Program-made: the position numbers and the translations under genes
Notes under the pieces: model-generated
What the model saw: the letters and a program-made list of their open reading frames with translations, nothing else
Told to the model about the DNA's origin: nothing
Databases searched by the model: none
Source of the DNA: Sphaeroforma arctica JP610
Lineage: Eukaryota
Reading direction: 5' to 3'
Assembly (NCBI RefSeq): GCF_001186125.1
Contig: NW_014040542.1
Location: 200,099-235,986 of the forward strand
DNA: 35,888 bases
Shown here: positions 20,667 to 32,339 of the stretch, piece after piece
Numbering within the stretch: the stretch's first letter is position 1
Layout of the letters: every line of letters begins with the position of its first letter

Positions 20667-21067
20667 TTCTACATATTTCCTGTTCTCACTGCTTATTGTA
20701 CAAGGCAGCACGCTCTCTTACTCGACATCGTAGATCGATACAACGTATTTTTGCTAGCCGCTAACTCTTTAGACGTGCTAAGCAAGAATACTCCAGATAT
20801 TAACGATCATTTGATCCATCTCCTGGTTCGCAGCATTGTACTACAATATTTTTCTTGCAAGATCCAGTCGCCAATATAAAATGACTTCGACTCTGCCGCA
20901 GTACCTCTCACTATATTAGTTTATACGTTGATCGTCTCTTTTCGATTCTTTTCTAGATGTTCGTTGTTCTCACTGCTTGTTGTACAAGGTGGCACGCTCT
21001 CTTACTCAACATCGTAGATCGATACAACGTATTTTTGCTAGCCGTTAACGCTTTAGATGTGCTAAGC
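20667..21067. repeat. ~117-bp imperfect direct repeat (20667-20783 and 20951-21067)
   Basis: Two copies 284 bp apart share TGTTCTCACTGCTT...CATCGTAGATCGATACAACGTATTTTTGCTAGCCG...GTGCTAAGC, with scattered substitutions. Confidence 0.9.
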
Positions 21068-21764
21068 GTCTTACTTCGTTTGGCGAGGCGTGCATTGCGG
21101 TTTGCAGCCAGTTTTTATCTCATTGGTGCACCAAATGCATGGATTTCAGCATGATATGTTCCTGGGTGGCTTGCGGGTAAGAGTAAGATAGAATTACGGG
21201 ATGATGAATAGTGGATACTATCCTCGTCCTTATATACACAACAACGTTTTATAAAGACGCTGTGTATATACAATGACTTAGAGTAGGAATTGCCCCTGGT
21301 TAAAGTATTTTGTGCTGTGGCGTCATAACCACTACGCCGCGGCGCAATTTTTTTAAACAGTTGCTCTAATCTACTCCCTTTCCCATAGTACTATTGGAAG
21401 GTAAAAATTCTTCTACAATAGTATTTGTTCCTATCACTACTGGGAATCTTCACCGTTTTACGCCAAAGGCTCTACCTTCAAACACGAATTAAAACGTCGG
21501 TCGGCGTCAGTGGGAGTCTTGATAGAGCGATAAGGCTTGAGAGAGGCCTGCTCTATGTTCATGATGTCACTGATGATGTCGTCCGGCACTCGCATACTAA
21601 ACAGACTTTGTGGCGCGCCGAGCGCCTATGTGCCAGAATGTGGTCCAGAGAGCCCGCCAACGTACCTTCACATCTTTGGCCGGTAGGAGTTTTGTGTGAG
21701 GCACGGCCATGTCCAACTCATATGCCACTGGAGCTGGATAGTGGACTGCGCCTGCCTCGAGAAT

Positions 21765-22060
21765 TTATATCTCCTGGCCATTCCTGACTGTGTGAGGCCA
21801 CCACGAGGCCTTGGTCCACACTGGCACAATAATGACTGCCCGTTCGAGGCGTCGATCGAGTTGTTCCAGGATGGGGCCCAGCATGGTCTCTGGTGGGGCC
21901 AATAGTTCCAGGGACTTGTCCCATTTGTCGTGGAAGGGGTTCGCAAACGACACCTGCCCTGGTGGCTTTTCCCCAAGTAGTAGCTTTCTGGATAAGATCT
22001 CTCCGAGGGGTTCGGTTTGATCATCCACTTCCGGAACAGCCGCAGAATCGTCTCGTACCT
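21765..22060 (-). pseudogene. DIRS N6-adenine methyltransferase-like domain (partial)
   Basis: Directly follows RNase H and carries the F-x3-W, xAPP and VIIVPxWxxxxWWP pattern typical of DIRS MT domains. No DLFA motif is visible. Confidence 0.65.
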
Positions 22061-23595
22061 TGGTACTCGAGGAGCTTCCCTGATCTTGAGAGGTCGTCCG
22101 CGGCGAGCTTTAGCTCGCCGGGCATGTATCCCAAAGAGACTGGCCAGAGGCTGGAGCTGGACGTTCATGAGCTTGGATTGGCTTCTGCGCATCCGTAGTG
22201 CGTGCAGAGAAGTACTGCTGTCGGTGAGCTATAGCAGAGGGATCTGGTCGACGTTTTGAGTTCTGTGGAATTACTCGTACGCTAAAACGAAAGCCTTGAG
22301 TCCGAGAACTGCGATAGGCCATAGTCTTTCGGTGAGGCATCACGGACCTGCGAAGGTGGTCGGGTTTCCTGCCAGTAAAGCGTTGCCCCGAACCCTATCT
22401 TGAAGGGGTTCGAGGTGAGTGCTGCTCTGTGGTCGGGAAGCCAAATCGATTTCGATCTTTTTAAACGCTGCACCTGAGAGACAAATTATCTGGGCTCGTG
22501 TCCATGGTGTCGATTGTTGTAGATCGGCGATGAATGAATATAGTCCCAGTATTGATAACCCTGCCCACAGCAGGTATCCGCAGAAAGATTGTCACAGTTG
22601 CGTCGCAATCTGTGAGGGCTTCGTGAGAAGTTTGGCCGTGAAGGCCGGCGTCATCTCTATCGTGTTGCGCACTAGGTCGATTATCACGCCTAAGTGTTGC
22701 AACCTTGTCACGGGGAAGTCCCAATAGCCCTTCCCGGGAGCTAACTCCAATCCAAGTTCTGTGAGCAGGTGATCGATGTAACACTTCTGCCCCATTAAAG
22801 TGTGTGGACGACCCAGAAGCAGTAGGTCATCCACTTAGAGTATTATTCTGATCCCTAGGCTCCTTGTCATGCGACAGAAGACGTCCATCAACAGGAGAAC
22901 CACGCTGGTGAGAACGTGGCTCCCATGGGTAAGGCTAGGAAGCTCCACAGTGGGCCGTGGGGGTATCCAAATTACCAGAGTTTCGGGTCGGCCACAGTCA
23001 ACGCATAGAAGCCATCTTTGATGTCTGACGACATGGCTACATCCCCCCGGCGGGCAATTTGGGACAGTTTCTCCAGTCCTTCTGCTCAGTAGGTTTACTT
23101 CTCTGCTGCCTTGTTGATGTCCTTGGGGCTCAGTATCAGACGGGAGTGCTTTCCATCTGACTTCAGGATCATAAACGCAGAGTGGACCAGGTATTCCTCC
23201 CAGTCCTGACAGCGTCGGATAACTCCTGCCTCTCGGAGTCTTTCGAGCTCCGTGTTCGTCATCGCTTCGGTCACATCCGCATTGTTGATCCATCGACCTT
23301 TGCTGGAGGGCTTCGGAGGACCTTGGGGACCCCATGCTGGACGTACCCCATACTTGAAGGCTTAGAGAACTTCCTGGGACGCCTCATAGGCCCACCATGT
23401 TGGTAGCGCTTTTTTTTACTCTGAGGTATAAGGGAGTCTTGGAAGATTTATTCTTCCTTGACATTGAACTTTCCCTTGGTAAGGACCAATTCGTGTTGCT
23501 TCTTCTTCGTTGCCTTAACGTACTTGAAGATGGTAGCAGAGCTATTGTAAGTAGGGCAGACTTGCTGTTCCACGAGGGCAGCTAATGCAGAGCCC

Positions 23596-24188
23596 TGTAA
23601 ACTTCGATGGATATTCCTACGTTTTAAACTATGTTGTATAAACTAAGATACAATTTAAGTCAGTTAGGATTTAGTGTGGTAGCTTGTGTAAGAATGATCG
23701 GGACTGCCTCTTGGTAAGAGTCTTAATATCCTCCATCACACAGGACGTACCTCTAGCTGTTCTTTATTGAATAATTTTCACTAGAAGTACTAAGTGTTCA
23801 TGACCACATGTCTAATTTGTAGATAGACATAAGAACGTAAGTCAAGTTAATACATTAGCTAATATAATTAAAGTCCCATCTGAAGAAAAGTTATAAAAAA
23901 GAAAAATACTTATTGGATTTTGGAGATTGCCGGGAAGACCAAAACCTGTAAGTAGTAGTTCAGGGATTATAAAATTTAGGTTATAATATCCTACATCTAC
24001 TATCATTTCAAATAGGTACAAGTAAATGAGTCATACCAAGGTTATTGGAGCAATCAAAGTGAATTTAGAACACTGAGGAAATATTGGAAAAAGAACTTGT
24101 ATTAAATTATTTTAAATACAAATAAAAACCAATGTGTTATCTCATTTGATCTTGATATTTTAGAATGACCGGAAGCCGTATTTCTACA
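23596..24188. mobile_element. Probable solo LTR (593 bp) inserted in the DIRS gag
   Basis: AT-rich segment with TGTA...TACA termini, flanked by a 4-bp direct repeat GCCC (23592-23595 and 24189-24192). Removing it joins the flanks into one frame (LHTVELKQLSVN*GSALAALVEQQ). Confidence 0.7.
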
Positions 24189-25468
24189 GCCCTAATTGAC
24201 ACTCAGCTGTTTGAGTTCAACTGTGTGCAGATTACTTCTCGGTAGGCTTGCTTCCGGTGGTGAGCGGGAAGTCCACCGAGATCGATTTGCTTTAGAGAGA
24301 AGGCTAAGAAATTTAGCCAGGTAAATATCTTAGTAAGTTCCTTGATGACTACAGGATTCTGGGTGCTGTACCACGAAGGGCAGCTGACCGGTGAGCGAGA
24401 TAGTCCCTCAGAGAACTCAACGTCCTGTATCCTCATGAGATTCGCAATTTCTCGTGTTTGTCCAGTGCTCCAACCAAGATGGCTTCGGTGACGCACGGTT
24501 GCACTGTGGCGAGGTGTTGAGCAGTAGAGACTCCGGTGATGTGAGACCGGAGCCCGTACAAGGAATACTTTCCGGTACCGAATGAAGTGTTTCCGCTATT
24601 CCTAATTTCTGTCCGGATACGATCGGCGTCGACCTCTTGTAGTTCCTGTTGTTCTACTTGTAGTTTGGCATTCATCGCGAGGGCAATGATAGACGGTAGT
24701 GAGATGGATGGTGTTTGAGAGCCTTCGCTTAGACCTAGGCTGAAGAAAACATTTCTGTCAGTAAGATAGAAATATAGAAATAAAGGATGACTGCTAAATA
24801 ATAGGTTGGGAAATTGGGGATCAGTCAAACCTTTACCGAGCTTCACCTTACAGAAAATTGACAATCATTCTCAAATATGTAAAACACACCTTGATGCATA
24901 GTCAGTGCCATTGTTGTTGCCAGCTGTTGTTCTCATTTGACTGGATGTGCATTCCTTTTCTGTACTGATGGAACAAACTTTCGTCAACATGTGAATATAG
25001 TCTTTAAAATAACTCAAATATAGTCTTTACATTAACTCAATTATCAGATTTATGCAGCCTGAAGAATATATTTTCACTGGTTTCCGTGTCACATCTCACT
25101 AGCATGATAGGATGAATTTAAACTATGAAAGTCAGACTTTGTGTCAATTCATTTTGTGAGGATACATGTTAAAAAAAATTATTATATCAATTCGATGCGG
25201 CCACTGAAATGGTTTAACTCCATACATATCGGCAGCTAATGTATATATGTTTGTTTAACTCGCATGCCTCCTTCATTGTATCAATGTAGCATTACCTAAT
25301 ATTGGCTGTGATAAATAACAGTGTGTGTAATCTGTGCCTCTTCCTTGTACAGGACCGACTTCCTTGTCTGGTTTCAGTTTGCGAAGGCACAGGATCCACA
25401 TCTGTATGTAAGCAAATATGTAGACCAGGTGACGGGAACTCTGATGTATATTCTACAGCAATTACACT

Positions 25469-27710
25469 ATGAGACAATCTTACGCCAAATACGAAAGTAT
25501 TGAGTGTCTGAATACGCGACACAAGGGCAACAATTATTGGGGCTGGCAATTAGCCATTATTGTAGGACCGGGAATTGGTGGTATGATCAAACACTTTGGT
25601 GTTACGTTGTTCTACATGGAGACCAAAGCCATCTATAACTTTGCTCTGGACAGTTTACAGAAATCAATAGGCCCAGGGCCAAAAGCACCACTGAATACGA
25701 GACTCGTGTTTGCTGAAGGGTTCCTGACTCAGGCCGATGTAAATCCAGGGCAGTTCTTTTTCTCAGACAGATATCATATCAAGATAAACTTCTACAAGAA
25801 CTTGAGGGGTCTTTATAGTGGCAAACTCCAGGTAATGATTCTAGATGTCCTACATCCAGGAACGCGAAGAAGTTCTGATGCGCACTTTATAGTTGTAATC
25901 CAGATACTGCAGACGAGAGACGCGGACTCGACTGCAAGTTACATTCCTAACCTCGTGAACACGAACATGTCCAGATACCTTGCTAATTAGGTGCTTACGA
26001 TTAGCGACTTTGGAACTCAAAGGTTCCCAGATGAGCGTGTCGACGCATGCGCAAGTCGGAAGTTGGTTCAAGAATTTGAGACTGGATCCGCCCACCCTCA
26101 TCAATCGCATCGCAGATATTTGCAGCTAGGTTTTAGTAGCATGCAGAGCTGACAAGGTGAAATATGCAATGGAATACGGTTTGGGGTGTTATGGCAAGGG
26201 AGGTACTCCATCCATATCAGAATTTCATAACTGCTCAATGTCGACAATAGGGATCTCGGAAGTGCACAGAGATGTTTATCGAAGTGGTCATCAAATCTGT
26301 AGGATCCTAAAACCCTAAAACCCGTTATTCAAGGAGTCGGATTTTCATAAACTTTGGAAGTTCAACATCGAGCAACGACCTGAAAAAGCTTGCCCGCATA
26401 TCAACGCGGAAGGCTCCGATAGTTCTACGTTAGAAGGAGTACAGGCTGACGAGGTGACTTTGGCAAAGATCCGGGACTGGATTATGACGCTCCACCTGGC
26501 TCGAATGATGAAGGTCCAATGGATATGCACAGATCGGAGGTGCCTAAAAGTACGAAGGACAAGGGGAAGAAGCAGCCGAGTAGTAGCAAGTATAGTACAT
26601 ACACCGACCAGAATTTCACCGAGTATCAGAAACTGTGTTCTGGTGTATACAGTGGGTGCATATAAGAATGGACATGTGGATATCCTTAAATAACTTACAG
26701 ATGTATTGGGCCTGATGTTTCAAAAGCTCAACGATATAGATCATGGCCAGAATAAGTTGGCCGCGATAGGTAACGGATTGTTGAAATACTCTGCGTTACA
26801 AAGAGGCGAAGAACGACTCCTTAACAGTCTTTTCGAGGGCCCAAAGACTATACCGCGTCAGCCTGGAGGACAACAAATCAAATGTAAGCATGGAGTGGAG
26901 CTAAAGCAGCAGCCGACGAAGCGGAAAGTGGAATCAACCGACGAACCTAATGCTCCGGATAGGCCAGCTGTCGAACCTAATACTACGGATAAGCCAGCCG
27001 CCGAACCTGATGCTCCGGATAAGCCAGTCGCCGAACTTAATGCTCCGGATAAGCCAGCCACCGAGCCTAATGCTTCGGATAAGCCAGCCGCCGAACCTAA
27101 TGCTCTGGATAAGCCAGCCGCCGAACCTAATGCTCTGGATAAGTCAGCTGCCGATACAAGTGCGGATTGCAGTGTATTAATGGAGCTGTGGATAGTAAAG
27201 AACTCCAGGAGACCCGACACTATTACATGCACGTCCAGGAGAAACCTTCAGATGGCAAAAAAAAAATGCTAAAGGAGAGTCATCTGCAGGTCACTCCATC
27301 AGTGACAAATCCGCTCCGCGTAACACCAACACCAACAACTCATCAAGGTCCTCCAGTGACGTACCACGACCAACTATGTGATAGACCTTACGAATACACC
27401 AACCCAGGACATCCTGACCCAGGACACCGACCTGACCCGGACTAAAGTGATACCACAGACTCCAGTAAAATGAAAGTCAACGACACGTTTCAGGATGTCA
27501 CTCAGCAACACAAGGTTCACTATCGATACAAGTACGTGGTAACAAACCGGCCAAAGCCACGTGTTTGTGGGACTTGCAGAGAGCAATGTCATCATGGTGG
27601 TAAATCGTACATATATATACAGAGAAGGGGAATTCTTCTAACACTAGAACAACGCAGACATTGGCCGGATGAAGTCCATGGTTCCCCCCAAAACTTTCAA
27701 TTACTATAAG
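25469..27710 (+). mobile_element. Degenerate Mutator-like (MULE) transposase region
   Basis: CLNTRHKGNNYWGWQLAIIVG...FGVTLFYMETKAIYNFALDSL and SDRYHIKIN resemble the MULE DDE domain (DxTxxxNxY...ETxxxYxxxL; CxxH). Downstream are a decayed SWIM-like segment TYTDQNFTEYQKLCSGV (~26597-26650) and a zinc-knuckle-like RVCGTCREQCHH (~27560-27595). Catalytic residues are decayed, frames are broken, and no TIRs were found. Confidence 0.7.
26941..27150 (+). repeat. 30-bp tandem repeat, 7 copies, encoding EPNAPDKPAA-like units
   Basis: Seven in-frame copies of CCGAACCTAATGCTCCGGATAAGCCAGCCG variants within ORF 26706-27272. Confidence 0.95.
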
Positions 27711-28880
27711 TAGACATTACAGACGGCCCTATTTTGAAACCAAAAGGGAGCAAGTGTATCGTTATAGTGGGTCATGATACCACAGAACAGATCAAAGCTA
27801 ACACTCCTATTATGTATTTGATAGAGCTCATCTACAACCTTGATGAATTTAAGCACGAAGGTCACCGGTATTGGGCCAGTCAAGAAGAGATCGATGCTTG
27901 ATTTATTACAGCATAAGACTAAGAATAGAATGGCCATCCAGCTTTAGTTAGTTCTTCATGTATAATAGCTGCTACTAATAATAAAGTAAAGTCTTTATAA
28001 TAATAAATTGCACGTATGAGAAGCATGCTGAAGACGCAGGTATCAGACGCAAGTATAAGACGCAAGTATAAGACGGCAGGTATAAAATACATGTAATAGA
28101 TGCATGCATACAACGCATGTATAAGACGCATGCGGCACACGCATGTATAAGATGCATGCGGCAGACGCATGTATAAGATGCATGTATAAGACGCATGCGT
28201 AAGATGTATGCATAAGACACATGCAGCAGACATATGTATAAGAAGTGTGTATAGGATGTATGTACAAGACGCATATATAAGATGTATGCATAATATGCAT
28301 GTATAAGACGCAGACGGCTGACGCATGTAAAAGACGCATGTGTATCATGCATATATAAGACGCATGCAGCACACGCATGGATATGACAGATGTGGCAGAC
28401 ACATGTATAAGACGTATGTTTAAGGCGCATGCGTAAGATGCATGTATATTGTATACGGTGAAGTTTTGCTTAACAGCCTTTATTTTTTGTTTGCATTCAT
28501 GTAAGTTTATGCTATCTTACGTAACTTCCGGTGGAAATCATCTGTGTCATTCGCTTCCGAAGACTCCTCATCAAATTTCGGTTCTGACTCTGATTCCGAG
28601 TCCGTCACCGGTCGCGCGCGACACACTTATCAGTGTAGGTCCCGCTGAACCACGCTGTGAAGTCTTTTTCTGTGGCGTTTTCTTGACGTCCTTAGAACTG
28701 CTTCCGCTTCCATGAGCGGCTTTGGCCGCCGCTATTTCCCCCCCAGCTGATAGCTCCAATGCGACGAACTTATCAATCGCTGCGTCTGCCTCGGGGTTTG
28801 GGGTCAAAGAGCATTTGGGGCCCTTGAACTTACGTGTAAATAGTCTTGGACGCTTTCGATTTTCTTCTACGTTGCGTCAT
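27704..28880 (-). pseudogene. Degenerate spliced gene of unknown function, convergent on the MULE transposase
   Basis: ATG at 28880 opens a K/R-rich then acidic exon ending DDFHRKL at 28521, followed by a GTAAGA donor. The acceptor TAGCAG lies before 27968 and is phase-compatible (LPIIHEELTKAGWPF). Stops and frameshifts are present. Confidence 0.4.
28020..28445. repeat. Degenerate minisatellite (GCATGTATAAGAC-like units)
   Basis: Many imperfect 10-14-bp tandem units; they lie within the putative intron 27969-28520. Confidence 0.85.
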
Positions 28881-29549
28881 GGTGTTGATTGCGTTAATGA
28901 ACTTAAAAATATGTAAAATTCGGACTAACCAGGCTGACTATACAATACTAATAAGTTAACGTAAAAGAAAATACGTCTTAAAATTGCTCAAAGTAATTTA
29001 AGTTTAGCTTCAGCCCTAGGTTATGACCGAAAGGTTATGGAATTTAAGACTAAATTATTATCTTTATAGTTCCGTTCTAATCGGTCACTACTTCGGTCTA
29101 GATTTATTTGGTGTATCTAAAATCAGATTTCATTTCATTGGATGCATGATACATCATTCCCTTGTCATTTCATGCTTCGAAACACTCCTCCAATCGTAAT
29201 CACACTTCTTCTCATCGATCTTCACCGAGCCACTACAACGGCTTTGGGAACCATACCATACGTACATACATTGTAATTTATCTGCTTTGAAATAAATAAT
29301 ATCATTGTTCCTACTAAAATAACTCTAAGTCTAACTTAAAAAGTATAAAAGAAATCAAAACACCATACAGGTGCAGTTAAATGTCTGCACATATACCTCA
29401 TCACATGGTGTCTAGCTCTCCATCCCATTGAATGCTTAGACGTGTCAGGCAAAAACAAATCATCATATGCGAATATCAAGAATACAATAGCAGTTCGGTA
29501 CACCGGGCTGTCAGTGTCAACAAAAATGACACCCTGCCAAAAGAGTTCA

Positions 29550-30122
29550 TGTTAATATAGGCGGATAAATAGTGATGCGTATAAGCCCTCAGAAGAGGTG
29601 TAAGTTATTGTTCTCAGATATTAAAGTATCTTAAAAGTGTTTTAAGTTTTAAGTGAATAGTTGTGATTTATTTGATTCGAGACCCTGCTTTTATATGCGT
29701 TGGTCACGTAATCCTTGAGCCATTAAAAAACACCTCTTAAGGTGAAAAAGGTTCTCACTTAATCTATGATCCAATCCAAAGGCAGCGTCGCCACGTCTTT
29801 AACTGATCTTGGCTTCCATTGTAATCTTTGGCCTTATACGTTTAGATTGTACTCCTCCGATATTTATGGATGCCCTTATGCCCCCATCAGAGATTTTTTA
29901 AATTGATGATTCCGTACTCCCGGCACTTCGGCTCCGAGATTATTTTCCATCTGTAATATTTCTGTGTCCCTCTCTGAGTTTAGATTCTCTCCTTGGTTGA
30001 TGCTGGGATAAACCTTGTTGAGCCTCCGGTGTTTGACCGTAGTTTTATGCTTGGTAAACAATCCTGGTTTACTGTGATCAATACAAATAAACTCACATAT
30101 TACACGTTTATTTTGTCTAACA
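29550..30122 (+). repeat. Candidate 5' LTR of the Copia element (3' end firm, 5' end uncertain)
   Basis: Ends ...CTAACA at 30122 directly before the PBS; AATAAA at 30086-30091. The start may be TGTTA at 29550 or TGTTG at 30016. The second LTR is outside the window. Confidence 0.45.
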
Positions 30123-30133
30123 GGTTATGGGCC
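30123..30133 (+). promoter_or_regulatory. Primer binding site GGTTATGGGCC (internal initiator tRNA-Met type)
   Basis: Abuts the LTR-terminal CA and matches the PBS type of Drosophila copia, which is complementary to the anticodon region of tRNA-iMet. Confidence 0.85.
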
Positions 30134-30287
30134 TATAAATTTAGCCATACACGTAAGGTCACAATAAGTACTAAAATACTACTTACAACATAACCTCAAG
30201 CCCCTTCCATCTCTTTAACTGTGCAACACAATACCGCATAGTCCCAAAAAGTCTACACTCAAACAGACATTATACACGTAACCCACA

Positions 30288-31730
30288 ATGTCCAACAGCA
30301 AAGCACACGTTTTGCCCAACGCGTTTAGAACCGTCGAACAGGGCAATGACTTCCGCGAACGATTCTGGCCTCAATGTCCACCATATGTCACTGTTGAGCA
30401 AGCCAACAATCATTTGCAAAACATTCGAAAGTGCAAAGCTGATCTTGACATCACTGAGGTTAACACTCACGCTGCAACTGCTCTCGCACATCTATCACTA
30501 TTAGAAAGCGAACTCCAACACAGTCGCACTGAAGCAGCAGAGCTTGAACTAGAGGTGGAAAATTACAAACGGCAAAACACCAACTTAGGTGACGATCACA
30601 AACAATTACTTGCCAGATACAACACTCTTCGCGACGAACACCTCACGCTCACCGACCGTCTCAACGATACCCAGACTCGGCTATACGAACAAACTGAAAA
30701 ATCCACTCAAAATTTGGAAACACTGGAAGGCGAACTTCAAACCACACGCACTCAGCTCGCAGAAACTATCGACAAACTCAACCGAGCCAAACAGCAACAC
30801 AAGAAGCCTACCACCTTCGCCGAAAAGTATGGCATTAGCCTCCAAGCACCACCTATCCCACTCAGTGATTGCCCTAAGTACAAAGACGTGTACAAACGCA
30901 CACAACTAACAGGCTCTAACAGCTTTGGTGCTTGGCTAATTGACACCAAAATGGAGATGTCCTACTATGGCACTTTTCACCGTTTACACCCTGATTGCAA
31001 CAAACTCAAAACGGAGGATTCAACGTCCATACTGATGCTAAGTGTAATCGCATATTGGTAGATTCCATCAGTGAGGGACTAATAACGACAGTCTACAAAC
31101 AATACGTAAACAACCCCCCAGCCGAGTTCTTCAAACACATCTGCACAGTACACAACACAGGCAGGTTTGGCAGATTCTGGGACACCAAGCAACGCCTTAC
31201 ATCGTTCAAATCGACTGATAGTACAGAAACCACAATGCAGGCACCTGAAGCTCTCCGTCAAAACCTATTAGATGTTGGCGAAGTCATACCCGACAAGTGT
31301 CCTATTTGAGCCCTTCTATACAGTCTAGGTGACAGTTACACGCTCCTACGCTCCACTATCTTCGACATGGATGAAGAAAAACTCACGATTGATGACGCAT
31401 ACCATATGACCATGAAATTTGAAGGTGGCCATCAACTTCATAAAAGCGACAACACTGCTTCTGGCATCAATGCTATCAACACTAAACTATACACCAGTAG
31501 TGGCGATCACGGTAAAGACACCGCTGCTGGTCAACGGGAACGTCGCAACATTATCTGCCTCTTATGCAACGAGAAGGGCCATGGCATCCACGGCTGCCCA
31601 TCATCTATCTGCCGCAAATGTGGTTCGAACAACCACAAATGAAAGAAATGTCCTGTCGATCGCTCTACACTCCACTGCTCTAAATGCGACAAACCAGGTC
31701 ATACCGATGCTGCATGTCTACAAAAATGAA
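30288..31730 (+). pseudogene. Copia gag: N-terminal coiled coil, UBN2-like domain, three CCHC zinc knuckles
   Basis: ORFs 30288-31061, 30995-31309 and 31367-31642 join across one frameshift and in-frame stops. Knuckles: CLLCNEKGHGIHGC, CRKCGSNNHK*KKC, CSKCDKPGHTDAAC. Confidence 0.85.
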
Positions 31731-32339
31731 GGCACGGAGCCCAGTCCGATCAGATACGTCATTATCAAATATCCGATATCTTACACGATAGTACACATCA
31801 CCAGCCCACCATAGATAATCCAGCTATCGTACATATCTATAAGTTTAATAGTCTCCAATATCAGACATCTGGACCCAACAACGAGCCTCAATATAGGGCA
31901 TCCCATATTGATTCCGGCGCAATGGTACACATACGTACTACAAGCGATGGTCTCAAGAATATAGAATATGGGCAATTTATTGTAGAGTTTCCAGATAAGC
32001 CACAAATAACCGTACATGAACGTGGCAAAATTCCCGGTCTCGGTCCAGTATTAGTTATGCCCCAGGCCACTCAAAATATCCTCTCAGTCCACCATATGCA
32101 ACAACATGGACTCGGGGTCTATTTCCCTCCTGCCTCTACTGACAATTCGACACCAGAATGTCACATTATACAGAACGACCAAATCGTCCAACGCATCTCA
32201 CTCAGCGACGGACAATACAAAATCAATACTTTCACCACTCATACTGCCACTGAATGGCATGACATCCTTGGTCACACACATCCATATAAAGCCCAAACAA
32301 TGCTTCATGATAACGACATTGTTATCAAGCAACCCTTTA

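Larger units (their letters stand above)
21458..24675 (-). mobile_element. Degenerate DIRS-type (tyrosine recombinase class) retrotransposon: gag, RT, RNase H, methyltransferase-like domain
   Basis: Gag-like frame from ATG 24675 overlaps the start of pol. RT: WWAYEASQEVL*AFKYG...ELERLREAGVI...SAFMILKSDGKHSRLILSPKDIN, then GIRIIL*VDDLLL (YVDD with Tyr changed to a stop at 22835-22837) and LGLELAPGK...LQHLGVIID. RNase H end: GYMPGELKLAADDLSR (~22085-22132). MT-like tail: FHDKW...LLAPP...ILEQL...AVIIVPVWTKASWWP. RT-RH-MT order with no protease or DDE integrase fits DIRS. Termini not identified. Confidence 0.85.

Noticed and set aside
26858..27232. Ala/Gly/Ser-rich minus-strand ORF, and other antisense ORFs over pol genes
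   Set aside because: They are antisense shadows of the 30-bp repeat and of the coding frames.
21321..29028. GTCATAACC / GGTTATGAC 9-bp inverted match as possible MULE TIRs
   Set aside because: Too short, does not extend, and has no flanking TSD.
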